64,000 nt of DNA from Neoechinorhynchus agilis (taxonomy: Eukaryota; Animalia; Acanthocephala): contig CM121341.1 in NCBI GenBank assembly GCA_051530055.1, forward strand, positions 13,866,784 through 13,930,783, written 5' to 3'. The notes under the pieces are model-generated. The model was not told where the DNA came from. It made no database searches and saw nothing but the letters and a program-made list of their open reading frames with translations. The translations under genes and the position numbers were made by a program. This document shows positions 1-13,536 of the stretch, piece after piece; the first letter of the stretch is position 1; each line of letters begins with the position of its first letter.

Positions 1-2501
1 TGGAGAAAATCGATTTACTGTTTGTATCCAACTTCCTGCCCAATTGCCGACGTTTCGGAAATTTATTCTTTCCATCTTCAGGGTACGAAGGGAACAGCGA
101 AAATGAAAATGCGGATCGCAAATGATCAGTGTGGACATTTTAAAAGGACGGGGGAATACGATGAGCACTGTATTACCAACCTTAAAAATGAAATTGATTA
201 TCAACTGTGACGCAGTAAATCAATTACTCGCCAATACCTCGTACAAATAAAAAGACTCCTATTCACGTTCTCGGACTTTTTAGACCGTGATAGACTTTAA
301 AATCTGACACAATTGTACGTTTTGCATAAGTTATTCGATGAAATACCTTAAGCCCTTTGATGCCACTTTCTGGCAATATAGAAATGATAAATGTTGTTAA
401 ATCAATCTTACATTATTTTTTAATACTGAACTGTACCTCCTTTCAGCGTTTTTTGAGTAACTTATATTAAAAGTACAGTGATCATTATTAAAAAGGAAGG
501 ATATTTTGAATTATAAGTGCATTAGTACTTCAGTTGTAACTCCTCACCGTCTTCAAAGCTTTAAATTAAATGTTCGTAGCACTCAAAAGTTTTATTTTTA
601 GGTTGAACTACAAAAGGATACCGAACGAAACGCAATTTAAGATTCGCGAGATTTTTGCGCTTTCATTCGATGAACAATCCTGAATTCTGTGTACGTTTTG
701 ATTGTGTTTCGGATGTTCGGCATTGCTAATAAAAATGATTAAGTAGAGGAAATGGCTCAGTTTTTGCCACAATCTTAAGGGGAATATTTGACGACAAACT
801 TCAAGAATATTCGTCTTTTTTGTAACCAATGAACCAATATCAAAGCACCATTTTTCTTCAAGAAAAGTCCAGTTTGGTTCATTAGAAAATGGTTGCTGGT
901 ACAAAATCGGATATAATGTTGACTCTTAATAGTTCGATTATTCATCAGTGGTAATTGAAAAGGTGAATAAATTCAAGTTTTGTCCCAAACTGGTGTTCCT
1001 ATAAAATCACTTTTTTCTGAGAAGAGTAATTCAAGAACAAATATCGCACATTTAGCAAAAACGATTCTCCAATCTTCAATGCGGACGTTTTCCCTTTATT
1101 GACCAATAACCATAATTTCCATTGCTAAGATTCTTCGACCCGGTTTTCATCGCCCCGTTATTCCAATATTCTTCATTTAATCAATTGGTATTGATTTTAT
1201 CGATAAGACACGATTCACGTGGTTTATGGCAAATATATCACTTAGAAAAAGATCGCGAATGATTAGATGTCCATTATAGGTTAAATAACTCAGTCTTCCA
1301 TGAGCTATTTGATCATTTGAACATCAATGTATGTTCATGACGCTCAGAAGCCACCCTGACCTACCTGTTAGACCCGAAAAAGTCCGACGAAATATTTTGT
1401 GCAAGAAATTGATCTCTGTTTCTCATAACCAAACAAAATATATCCATATTATTATTAAAACTCACGCCTCATACAAACAAATACACAAATCAGTTCCTTA
1501 ATTCTTTAGTTTATGCGTTCCAGCATGTCCGGGCCCAAGACAACTGTGAGTTGAGGGACGATCTAACCACTTCTGTACAGTGAAAAACTATAGAAATGGA
1601 GTCGTCGAAATCGCTCGGCGTTCACATATTGAAGCAAATTTAAAAGAAATCATAAAATTTAATACTAAGATTCGCAGTGATCCGAGCACGATAATATAGA
1701 CCGAGCTACGAAGAGTCCTAAATCCTCTAAAATTAAACCGAACCTAAAAACGCTTCACAATTGAAGCTTTGACCACAGAAAAGCGAGCTCAAATAGAAGC
1801 AAAAATCAGAGTTGAAATGAATTACGATTTTCGAAACTCTTGTTTAAACACTTTAATATTTACAGCGCTGCCTTAAATCAAGTGATTTCGTTAACAATAA
1901 AGGTAAATTCGATCTTTACCTTTAATAGACCACAAAAGACTCCAGTGATCGCTAAATCTTCCTGTGGTGTTTGCTCAAGTTTAGACATGTGAAAAATGGA
2001 GATTTAAGCGATCTATTTTAGTTAGAGCTGAGCCGCTGCCTCTTTGATCTTCATCTTCCGTTGTCTTTTGTTTTCATTCAAATTCTGCTTCATTCCATCG
2101 TTAATGCTCAATTTTACAATCAAGTGGAAAATCAATTGAACCATTTAAACGTTCATGATGCAGCGAATTCTTTTTTCCGAAAATGTGATCGATTTTGTTT
2201 TTCAAAGTGATTTGCAATTTAAAGACGATAGAATCTTACGATGATTGTTTTGCTCGCTCACGGCAAAGAACACAACAAGTTTTGAAAAGCTATGAGCAAA
2301 TCGTTCGTCTTATTTTACACTTGATAAATACTTTTGCAATTATTATTTTTGTTTGTTGGACGGTGTGAAATTTTCTAACCTAAATTGGATTAATTATTCG
2401 CAATACCGATCAGTTTTGGGTAGAAAACAATTTCGGATCGTCTTTCGTTTATTTTTCTACGACGCCACGAAAAATAATGTTTTAAATGTTTAATTTGAGG
2501 A

Positions 2502-3422
2502 TTGCGTCTTCGTGCCGGCCATTCTCTAGATCAAAATACGCCATCCAATGATTTAAAGTCCCTTTTTCAGATGAGTGTCACGAACTTGAATTTAAACAAC
2601 ATTAACAAATTCCTCTCAAGAATCACTACGGTTCCTAGTCTCGTTGACAGTAGTACCGCGATGCTCCAATCGATCAAAACATTCGCTGAGGACAAAAATC
2701 CCGACTTTAAAGACGATGTGTCAACGATCACCCTGCGATCTTTCCTTGAGAATATCAGCAAATGGGAGACGGGTGATCATGTATACGAGTCCTTTGAAGA
2801 TCTAAAGGAAGACACAATGGAGGTTCTTATTCGTATTGTTCGAATTTTGCCCTCCTTTAATCGCGTGTGTCGTGACTCAATCGATTTGATTGATGTAGTA
2901 AAAGAGTTTCAACCGGATCGTCCAACAGTCGCCGTCGTTGAAGAGTCCCCGAAGACTGTTACAAAGCAGTTGCATAATAAACGAGGTAGAAAACGGAAAT
3001 CATCCGTGACCAGGGCATCATCTTCGAAGATACCACGAGCGAGCACCAGTGACTCGAATAGACCTTCCAGGGCACAAAAGCATGTTCCGGATCAAGTAGA
3101 GAAGGAATCCCCTGTTCGAGATATCCAAGATCCCACGGACCCGTCTAAGTGTACAAGGAAACCAACAATGCAGGTTGAGAAAGCAGACGATACGGAAAGG
3201 ATAAAGGCGGACAAACCGATCGTTGAAGAAGTGCCAGGAGAAAAGAAGACGAGGAAGAGAAAACAACCACTCAATAGTCAGCAGGAAAAGAAGAGAAAAA
3301 CTCGTACCGATGATGACCGTGCAGTCCAGTACAGAATAGAACCAAGCTCCTTGAATACTCGAAGAAGAAGTGCCCGGATAGCGAAACGGCGCCGTCTATT
3401 GCCCGTCAATGAAGATGCGTGA
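2502..3422 (+). CDS. Uncharacterised protein with helical N-terminus and basic, NLS-rich disordered C-terminus (first ATG at 2571; an upstream exon is possible)
   Basis: 306-codon ORF with natural composition; KRGRKRK, KKTRKRK and RRRSARIAKRRR motifs; tttttcag directly precedes the ATG at 2571 and could be an acceptor. Confidence 0.7.
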   Translation: MRLRAGHSLDQNTPSNDLKSLFQMSVTNLNLNNINKFLSRITTVPSLVDSSTAMLQSIKTFAEDKNPDFKDDVSTITLRSFLENISKWETGDHVYESFEDLKEDTMEVLIRIVRILPSFNRVCRDSIDLIDVVKEFQPDRPTVAVVEESPKTVTKQLHNKRGRKRKSSVTRASSSKIPRASTSDSNRPSRAQKHVPDQVEKESPVRDIQDPTDPSKCTRKPTMQVEKADDTERIKADKPIVEEVPGEKKTRKRKQPLNSQQEKKRKTRTDDDRAVQYRIEPSSLNTRRRSARIAKRRRLLPVNEDA

Positions 3423-3997
3423 AAAGTAGATAACTCTCCCGCTGGACATCCTTATTTTCCCCTAGTAAAAATTGTTTCGCTTAGAATATCAGCATTTTGA
3501 CCAGGATTTTGTCCAATGTCGATGTTACTGCGATCATCGCTTTAAATAAGAAGCTTTGCGAAAGTATAAACGCATTTTTAAGTGTTAGAATATTGAAGAA
3601 AATCTGAGACCGATAATGTTGTCTTGAGGTTCAGTTCGCGTTCAAAATATTGCTACATAACGTCGTTATGTAAAGTATATAATTTAGAAGTGTTATTTAG
3701 GTTGTAAATATATTATCCATAGGTTTTTTGGTCAAAACGAAGAAAAGTAATTTTTTGTTTCGTTTTTTTCGGAAAAGTCCCCCATAGAGGACGAAATATT
3801 AATAACATTAATTTTCTTTAAAAACGCCTGTTTATTTAAGTCGTTACCCCTTTGAAGTGTTTTTTTATTAAAGGCGTTTCGAACCTTACGGTTTAAATAA
3901 CACTTCTAATTACTACTTAAATTTATTCGGAAAGATGATTTTTTACACGACTTAAGTGAGTTTTCTGTTTACTTTGATCGTAGGACCACACTCATCA

Positions 3998-6900
3998 TTA
4001 TTTAATTGAATCTGTTGACACAAACCATTCTACTTCCGGTTTGATCATAACAATCTTATATCCCACAAGGACATCTCCCTTTTGAAACTGAAACCTATCC
4101 TCACTCCCAAAAGCCAAACCACAATCCTGCCCTTTCTGAACACTCGAGACATCATCCTTGAAATGTTTCATACTAGACAACTGTCCCCTATGAACGACTT
4201 CGTTGTCGTTGCGAATAACTTTGTACAAAGCATGTCTTCGTAGTGTTCCATTAAGACAACGGCATCCTGCAACAGACACAGCCCGAGATTTTCCTATATC
4301 CACCTGGTACACTTGCTGAACAACCGCTTCGCCCAATGCTTCTTCGGTTTCAACCGGAGTTACTCGTTCGTTCAACTGGTTTCTTATATCGTTAAAGAGA
4401 TGGTAGATGACTTGGTGAAGACTGACGGGGACGTTCAACGTGGAAGCCAATGCTAGAACATTGGTAGGAGCGCTAACGTTAAATCCATAGATAATCCCTA
4501 AAGAAAAACGGCGCTTAATATATACGCACCGAAACTTAATACCTTTTGCTGCATGAGCTCGCTCAACATCACCCATTGCTATTTCCCCGATCCCAGAATG
4601 AATCACTTCCAAATCAACCATTGTGCTCACGTATGTCTTAAATGAGTCCTCGATCGCTTCAAGACTACCCAATACATCAACTTATTGAATGGATTGACGT
4701 GAGTAGAGAAATTCAAAAAGTCAGAATACCTTTCATCACTATGGGAAGATAAGGTTTTTTTCGCTCCTGAACGATATGAGCGCGACCTGTGATCTTTCGA
4801 AAGACCGTCCCAGTCTCTCGTTTAATCTTCAATTCCTCTCTTCGCCTCTACGATCAAACCTTGCTTTTTGGTTAGCACAATACATACCTGTACTTCTTTA
4901 GATGTTCTTCTCTAACTCGATCAGCCGCCAAACCGTCAGAAATCTCTTTTTCCACAATAACTTTAGACGTTCTAAACGCTATAACCAAATCCATCTTTTT
5001 CTAAAAGTAGCTCAACCAATCAGGAAATGAACTTTGAGAATAGAATATTTCGATTCTTGACGATAAATTTACACGATTTGAAATATGGTTCTGTGAAGTT
5101 CGTGAGTTTTTACTACTCTTGTGAAAATTTTGAAAACAATTTCAAGTAAATAAATTCGATTTTTTTCTCACTTTATCTTCCACTTCGATTATGTCGTCTC
5201 CACTTTTGGGCGCTTTAGACCACCCAACGATCTGTACAGGCTCGCAAAGTTCCGTTTTCACCAATGGTTGCCTATCTTCGTTTAAAATCTGCCGCACGCG
5301 TCCACTAGTCGCTCCAGATACCAAGTAAGCTCCCTTCTTCAAAGTTCCTCGATCAACCAAAGCCGTGCATATCGGACTATTTTGTTGTTTGTAAAAATGT
5401 TTTCGAGTCCATCATACCCAAGTGTTTTATCGATTTTAGATTCAATTACGGTAGCTTCGACTAGACCAGTAGGGTCACCCTTTAATTCAAGAAGATCGGT
5501 CATCGTGAGAATCGCATTTAACAATTGATCCAGATTAATCTTCTGTTATAACCAATTTAACTTTTCAATTTCTCGCTCGAGGCAAATTTGATATCAAACC
5601 TTCAGTGCGGATATCTGTACTCCAATTATATCACCCCCTGATTCTTCTAATTGAACCCCGAATTGAAGTAGCGATTCTATCGTCATTTTCTAAAGAAATA
5701 TTCATACCGATTTCGCTTTGACAACAAAACCACACGAAATCAAACAATAACAATCTCAAAAAATTGCTGTCACTTTCAACAGTAGATTTTTTTAAATAAA
5801 AGAAATCGTTTTTAAATGTTACCGGAATTCAGGCCACTTCTAATGAAATCGAATCGTTCAACTCTAAGAATAAGTTTATGGTGTTGTTTTTCCGCGTGAG
5901 TTTAAGACTGCAGAAGCTCTTGGTCAGCAAAAATGATTCCTGTGAAATGTCCTCAAAGCATACTCATAATCAATGCACAAATAATAATTATAGATCTATT
6001 AAACCCTTTATATTTTTATTCTTCGCAGATATGAGCGATTTCTGCAGTCCCAAAAAACTTTCACAATTAATCAGCATCACAGTGTTTGCGATGGATATAT
6101 ACGATTTGAGGGTATTTGTACTTACAAGGTTGGCATTATTTTTATCGATTTTATTGATGGCCACGATGAATGGAACTTTTTAGTGAAGAGATGAATTAAT
6201 ATCGATTAAAAACTTAACCAAACCATTTGCATTTCTGATGTGCTGAAGTGATTCCACCGTCTGTGGCATAACCCCATCATCCGCAGCTACAACGAGAACA
6301 ACCAGATCAGTAACTTGAACACCACGAGCACGCATTGAACAGAACGCTGCATGCCCTGGTGTGTCAATAAAAACGATCTTCCTTTTAAAATGTTCATTAG
6401 ATTTCAATTCGACTATTTAAAGGCACGGTTTTACAAAAACGATACGTATTCATCTGAGAAATCTCACCGGTAAATGCTCCAATGTGCTGTGTGATTCCGC
6501 CAAACTCTTGATCTACCACGCGACTTTTCCTTAGACTATCCAGCAATGTTGTTTTTCCGTGGTCAACGTGGCCCATTATTGTAACTATCGGAGGCCGACT
6601 GATCAATTGAATCGATTCAGCCAAAGGGGGCGGTCTATAAATTAGATATTAAAAGGTTCATACGCTGGTCACTAAATTTACCTTCGATGAACGTCAACCG
6701 AAACTTTTGCAGTAGAAATGTTTGGTCGCTTAACGAATTGAAATCGGTAACCGCAAAGCGAAGCTATAGAGCCAATCACGGAGGGGTCTTCAATGCCTGA
6801 TCGTAACGTGATTTGTTAGGGCAAACATGATATTCAAGATAATGAGAAATAAATTACAATTTCTATGGCTTCCGAATTGAAAAACGACTATAGGTCAATG

Positions 6901-7555
6901 CTTTATTTGCAGTCAAAATAAACGAAATTTAACGATAACTATTTGAGATTCTAAATGCTCAACGGTACCACAATAGCTCTTAATGGCGGTCGAAACTTAG
7001 CGGTTACCGTATACACTACGAAAAAAACACTTCAACTCAATCGGTTCTATTTACTTGCACTTGTGTCACTGCAAGGATTTACAGAGTAATCGTAATAATG
7101 ATTAGGCTAAGCTTTTTGAAGGAAGAATTGGTTATTGGATCCAGAAAACGATCACCTCGGACTTACAAATTCGAAATATAAATGTCTAAATCAAACTAAC
7201 TTTTGTCGGGATCTTTCATAGTGCGCTCAACATCCAAGTAATCCAAGCACTCATTCAAATGACCTAAACTTTTCTCCGGTTGAAGTAATTCAATCTTTTA
7301 AGGACAGCAAAGTGCGTTACCGATTCCGAATCCGAGCGTTTGGGATAGCTCTTTTAAATTCATATCTCGATACACATTCACGGACGGTTTTTTCTTTTTT
7401 GCAGTGTACACAATTGGGACTACCTGAAAACCTTAGAGGAAATTAAGAAAATTGCAAATAAAAATATAACTTACCTTCCGCTTTTTTAAGCAAATTAAGC
7501 TCGTAAAAATTGGCCGCACGAATCGACGATAATGCCCGTTGAGTTGTGCGAGCAT
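3998..7555 (-). CDS. MTIF2: Mitochondrial translation initiation factor IF-2 (multi-exon)
   Basis: [71 protein letters not shown] and C-terminal LKHFKDDV/GQDCG-type motifs; exons joined by GT-AG introns (e.g. a ~55-nt intron in AFT/VELK); arginine-rich presequence-like start [15 protein letters not shown] at 7555. Confidence 0.95.
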
Positions 7556-8951
7556 CTGAATGCTTATAAATAGAAATAGTAGAAAAGGTCATTCGGTTTA
7601 GTGTGGAGAGCGTTTGTTCTAAAGTGAGTGCTCGTTTTACGAGTTGAAAATTATTTTAGTACAAATCTAAAGATAGTTATTGTTCCGAATAGGGAAATAT
7701 GGTTTTATTATCGATTTTGAATTTACCCTCCATTTACTTGAGCTTCATTAACAGCGGGGGGCATACGCCTCACAGTGTGCCGTGCGTCGGAAAGTGAATT
7801 TTAAAACTATGATCGATATTTAAGTGATTTCTAAATTTAAAGAGTTCATTGATAGGACCAAAAGTCAGCCTAATGAAGTATTCTGTTGGGAAATAATTGT
7901 CTCTAAACGAGGATACTTTTATTTCAGTGCAAATATAAAAAAAGGATGTGCCACTTATCGCAGAATACGATCTTTCAACACAATCACTAAGCTATTGATT
8001 TTACCTCCATTGATACAAATCCGTAGGCGAGCCATTAATTTAAAGCATGTAAGGCAATTTAATTTGTTGACTTCATCTAGTAAAATGGATATGACTTCTA
8101 ACGTCGATAATCGCACTAATGAATTTTAATAGTCATATCCTACAATACGATTTTGGTCCGATCAAAACTTTCTTCGTGAAGAGTCAGATTTTTAGGAATT
8201 GGTTTTAATACTGTGTTTTCTGATTTGCAATTCTCAAATGAGTCTTCATTCGGCGGCCTTGCGTTCGAATACAAACCTAAAAATCAACAATTTCGTGATT
8301 GAACGTCGACATTGTTTTCTAATTATGTGATTTAGTCGAAAGAAGATTTAATCGTTTCGCATAATTTCCATACTTCTAGAACGTTCAATGAGATCCTTTT
8401 AAATAAAAAAATTATATTCGGTTTTTATAGGTCGGAATTCGTTTAATATTATTCCCACAAAAGCCGTTAAATACAAGGGAAAGGATTAATGTTTTCCTGG
8501 TACTAAATTGCTTTTAGCCGCAATTTTAAACGTTGTTCGCAAATAAATTTAACGAATAATCTTTTCAATATTTCGTTGTCCAAGAAAACAATACACCGCT
8601 TAGTATATAAAAGGTTCCAGCATATTTATTGTATTCTTGAGCGACCGATTTCCAACCCTACACGTCACCGAAAAGTCAATATCGGCAAATTAATCGTGAT
8701 TAATACTTGTCAACGAAATAATTGAACAAATGAACAAAATGAGAGATGAGATGCGCTGATCATAATTTCCAGCATAAAAAATAATTTCAACCCGGAGGAC
8801 AACTACCTAACCCGGAGGATCTTCCCTTGATTAAAATTATAAAGACATTTACAATTATCGTCATCATAACCAACCCTGGAAGAATTCACACACTCGGTAT
8901 GGGATTTTAGATACTCGGTATCGAAATTGACAAAATCAAGCGGTAGACTTA

Positions 8952-9414
8952 ATGGCATCTGAATCGTAAGAAATTTGATTCCAGGCTCTCTTTTTCTAAT
9001 GTAAATTTTACATTGTTAAAAAGGCTCATTTCCAAACCGAAATCCGAAATGACAGCCGAGGAATTGGCTAAAAGAGAAGAGGAAGAGTTCAGTACAGGAC
9101 CTCTTTCCCTCCTCATGAACGCTGTCCGGACAAACTGTCAAGTATTGATAAACTGTAGAAACAATCGAAAACTGTTGGCTAGAGTTAAAGCATTCGATCG
9201 GCATTGTAACATGGTTCTCGAGAATGTAAGAGAACTTTGGATTGAGCATCCGAAATCAAAGAAAGGAGGGGATAAAGTTAAACCAATAAATCGTGAGAGG
9301 CATATTGGAAAGATGTTCCTAAGAGGAGATTCCGTCATTGTAGTGCTTAAGAACAATCCTGAGCTACATGAAAGCCATGGGCAAGCTCCAGATACTGAGC
9401 AAATGGAGATATAA
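8952..9414 (+). CDS. SNRPD2: Small nuclear ribonucleoprotein Sm D2
   Basis: [23 protein letters not shown] and [26 protein letters not shown]...[13 protein letters not shown]; exon 1 8952-8965 (MASES), GT-AG intron 8966-9023. Confidence 0.97.
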
Positions 9415-9879
9415 ACCATTTTTCTGGAATGAAATGGAGGACGGGTATTTTATGTCGAGAATTGAAAAGATTAACGGATCCACTACCTGTAAACTATCAT
9501 TACAGATCCTTAAATATTTAGAAGTCGAATATGCTTTTATATGAGGATCATCATTTCAAAGTATCCATTTTTTGCTTAAAGATGTCTTTTTTCGAAGCTA
9601 ACGAGTTTCATTGTTGTGCCTTCCCCGCCCATAATCCCTCTCAGCTCTGAATTCGACCCATTGTATCTTTCCCTCCTCTCTCAAGGATATAAATCGTGAC
9701 ATTTTTTTCTGGCATACCGGAAGCCCCTGCCATTACAGATCCCGTCGCCGCTGATGCACATAACCGCCACCTTTTCCCCGACATTCACTAAACAACTCCA
9801 TCCAAAAATTACTTTAACCTGTGCCTCTTTCCAAATCAAGTAAATAATAATCGCTGTACCCCTATTGCCAATCACTCAT

Positions 9880-11090
9880 CCCAACTCAAATTTTCGATTC
9901 GCTCCCGGACTTCGCTCTTTGGGATAATCAATCGTTCTTTATCGGCATCCCGTAACGATTCCTCCCTTAATCCCGCAACGAGCAACGCAACCCAAATCTC
10001 CCTCGTTTCCGCCCCCGGTTTTCCGAAATCCAAATTCCCTTCTCCACAGTTTTCAACTCCAATACTCGTAACCTCCTTCCTAAACTAGATGAAATTTCAT
10101 TCATTTCATCTACCTCAAAAGCCGACGTAGTAATCTTAATAGAAACGTGGCTTGTCCCCTTCAACAATGATTCAGCCATCCTTCTCGGGTACTCTTCCCT
10201 CCATACATACCGCGATGACCGTCCAAGATGGGTTTCTCAATTTACGTGCTTCAATCGCTACCTTACTCTTTCTCTTTCACAGGCTCTCTTTTCAAACCCC
10301 CGATTTATAATTCATCGCAGTCCATTTCATAGCTCCTCTGAAAAACGGCCTTAGAGAATTCACCTTTGCTGGCGTCTATTGCCCTCCTGCCTCTCGCTCT
10401 GAGTTCTATTTGCGCCAACTTGATTCTATGATGGAGCTCATAAATCCACAAACTCGCTACATTTCTTAATCGCAGGGGACTTCAATAATCTATTTCCTCT
10501 TCTACCCTTCTCCGATTTCCGTGAACTTATTGACTCCCCAACTCGTCTTGACGCTCAGCTTGACAAAGTGTTCACAAATATCGGCGCCTACTCATCCGCC
10601 TATAAACCCCCCCCGCGAACTCTGGCCATTCCTCTGCCCTTATCACTCCTTCCACCCCACCTCAACATATGAAATCTCCCCGTTTACCCGTCTGGGATAA
10701 ACGTGATCATCACATCCACAATTTTATAAAATTATTCAACTCCAACATCCGCACATCCCACTCTGACAACATAAATGACCCTTCCTTTGCCATGCCCTCC
10801 TTAACCTCAATCATAGAGAAATCCCTAACCCCGACAATTCCCGCGCCAACCTCACAAACTCCTTGCAAACTATAACCACCAATTCTCACTCGAACGGACA
10901 TTCTCACGAAAATGGATTCTCCCGACCGGATATTCCCACTCGAACGGACGTACCCCGACCGAATCCGTAATATACTCAATAATCAACAATCGCATTCTTT
11001 GAGCAATTCTGAACTCCAGTGTTTATGAGGACCCAAAGGTACATGGGTCCAATTCTCGTTAAGTAACGAAAATAAACGTGTTATAGTAGC
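9880..11090 (+). mobile_element. Decayed CR1/L2-like LINE: APE endonuclease joined to the ORF2 C-terminus and 3' end, RT missing
   Basis: Frameshifted motifs NTRNLLPKLDEI, IETWL, GVYCPP, LIAGDFN, LDKVFTNI; 10850-11080 resembles 23690-23870 and the end of the RT copy near 44200-44300. Confidence 0.8.
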
Positions 11091-11099
11091 AACAGAAAG

Positions 11100-11290
11100 A
11101 TTTTATAAACATTCACACCACCGCTCTGGATTACTCAATGGTCGAAATGAAGGATGCTGATTTCCCCTTATATTTTGCAGGAGGAATTCTCCTGCCCTCG
11201 GATCCTCAGTGATTCATTTCAGTCGCTTGGACAATTGATTGATTAGGTCATGTGCCGCGGTATCTTCGACAATTTACCTCCTTTTTCCAA
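11100..11290 (-). mobile_element. CRE-clade non-LTR retrotransposon 3' fragment
   Basis: LINQLSKRLK*ITEDPRAGEFLLQNIRGN; nucleotide similarity to 52345-52515. Confidence 0.7.
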
Positions 11291-11369
11291 CACTGGTTAA
11301 ACTTTTATTACATTAACGGCATCGATTAAAGTAGTCCAAATTGACAGATATCGCAAGATACTTAACCAT

Positions 11370-13145
11370 TTAGAGAAAATCCTTCGATATCATAGAGTTG
11401 CAGATGTGATGATTATAATCCCACGGATATTCGCGAAGAAACCTCGTCATTAATTGTTTTAAGGTTTTATGTACATGTTTTATTCGGGAATATGATCACC
11501 GTTTGTTTGAAGATTGAACTGTTCATTTTTGTTATGGCGGAAAATTGAATTCGGCACAATATTGGGCCTTTGCGAATAAAATGCATTCAATTTTCCGCCA
11601 TAACAAAACATCATGATCACCACAATTCCAACTCGAAGATTTATTATACACAAACAACATCTTCGTTACACCTACACTCATTCGGTAATATCCATAGCAA
11701 ATGGAATTCCGCGTCCAAGGCATTCGATAAGCTCCATAAAAACTATTGGCATATCTTCGCCGAGGCTATCGATCAGCACTTGCGAAAAGGCATCACTGAA
11801 CTGATCATTATCTTTATAGGCCGCAATGACGTCTTTTGCTCGAAACCCACTCACGAATTGGTGCAATGATTTCATTTGCTCAGAACGAGTGCAGCAATCG
11901 CAAAGTCCCTTGTTTCTACGCTTCTTTGCAGCAATGGTTTCGTTGCTATTGTCCTCTTTTTTTATGAGACTGAAAAGCTTAGAAAACCAAAACAGCAATG
12001 GGGATGGGTCAAGTAGTTGAACGTGACCGTTCTCGATTGCTCGGAGCCTTGATTTTAGTTCTTTCATCAATATCGCCTTGTACATCCGAAAAGCGTTCTT
12101 GGTGCAAGAAAAGCTTGTCTCGATTTGTTCGGCTGAATTGCTAGGCAGAATTGTTTGTGGAAGCCATATACTGTCGCTTAGCACAAAGTAGGATAGATCG
12201 CTTAATGTAATCGAAGGGTTGCCTTCAACGATTTTTAGGTCAATTATCTTGTGTGATTGATTAAAACCAAATTTTCCAATTCCCTGAGCTAAGTACGATT
12301 TGACTATACTAAATCGATATAAAGAGAAGGTGTCAATCAAGTATAATGTTCTTTTCTTAATAACACAAATACTATCGATAATTGATCATAATCGATATTC
12401 TATTGCGCTTTCTTGAAAACTTTATTGGTCTGATAATGACGTTTAGGTCTCATGTTAAGATCGATTCCCGAGCGATTGAATAAAAAGACGATATAACTAA
12501 TTAGTTAGCTACGAGTTTTACCTAAAGCAAGCTATAAAGATTTTAAGCAGTCAGATTGGGATTCGGAATAGTTGGTATTGGCAAAGACACTCCATGAACT
12601 TCATAAACCATGCGCTTCTTGTCTTCACTTAACTTCAAAATGTTCATCTTCTGACTAGATCCTCGTTCAATAAACATAAGAAAATCCTTGTCGGCCTTTA
12701 AATAACTGCAACTCTTAGGTAAAGCAATGGGTTCTTGTTCAAGGATTACGCCAGATTTCGTGCTGAGACAGATAAGGAATTGTAATTTAGAGTAACCTTT
12801 TAGACCCATGGTAACAGCAGTTATAGCGTTGGATGCCGTAACTCTTTTTGCCCTTCCAGGGAATACTTGCTTCCACAATTCATGGATCATGTTCGTTTTA
12901 ACATTTATGTGTATACAGTGAACGGCAGAATAGTGCTGGTCGTCTCGCGAGTGCTCACTTAAACAGATATAGCGAGACTCGTTATCATTGACGATATCGA
13001 CTAATTGAGCAATATTACATCGATGCCGAGTGTACCCGCTGACAAATTCGAGCCAATCATCATAATTACTACATCCTGATATAATCATCAAAGATTTGTC
13101 ATTGGAAAAAATAGACGTGTCCATTCGATGGCCGCAGTCAATCAA
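11370..13145 (-). CDS. Uncharacterised multi-exon protein (beta-rich N-terminal half, helical C-terminal half)
   Basis: Two long co-directional ORFs (200 and 220 aa) that can be joined in frame; the 3' end (11678 or 11370) and the start are uncertain. Confidence 0.65.
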
Positions 13146-13277
13146 GAAATCTTCAAAATCGAAGCGTAATCAGCGAAGCCATGCAAAAGAACAGAAATCT
13201 TTTCTTGAGCGTCAAATAACACAATACTAAATACTTGCCGAGAAATCACGTAAAACTTTTTAACTAAAAATATTTTC

Positions 13278-13536
13278 TTTCCTTTCCTTAGTTTTGGCAC
13301 CCAGGGGGATTTAAATTCAATAATGACTTATTTCGAGGTATTTCACTTGTCGGATAATTCTGACATTTCCCCCCCCCAAGGTCTGTCATTTTAAATTGTT
13401 TGGATATATGAGAGAAGTTAAGTTTTTTTTCGCAGTGAGAAGACAAACCTCGAGGAAATGTCGGAATTATCCAACGAAATATCGGAAATAAATCAGTGAA
13501 CTTAATTTTGGGGTGTTAAAACTACTGAAAGGAAGT
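13278..13536. mobile_element. MITE-like element, family B (long TIRs of roughly 85 bp)
   Basis: Left arm ...cggataattctgacatttcc is the reverse complement of right arm ggaaatgtcggaattatcc...; a related copy lies at 58566-58795. Confidence 0.8.

Noticed and set aside
2161-2492. Long plus-strand frame interrupted only by TGA (possible TGA=Trp or NUMT)
   Set aside because: No recognisable mitochondrial protein; TGA is a true stop in CLPP and other genes.
4730-4900. Apparent in-frame TGA in the MTIF2 linker
   Set aside because: Resolved by two ordinary short GT-AG introns; no inverted repeats seen.
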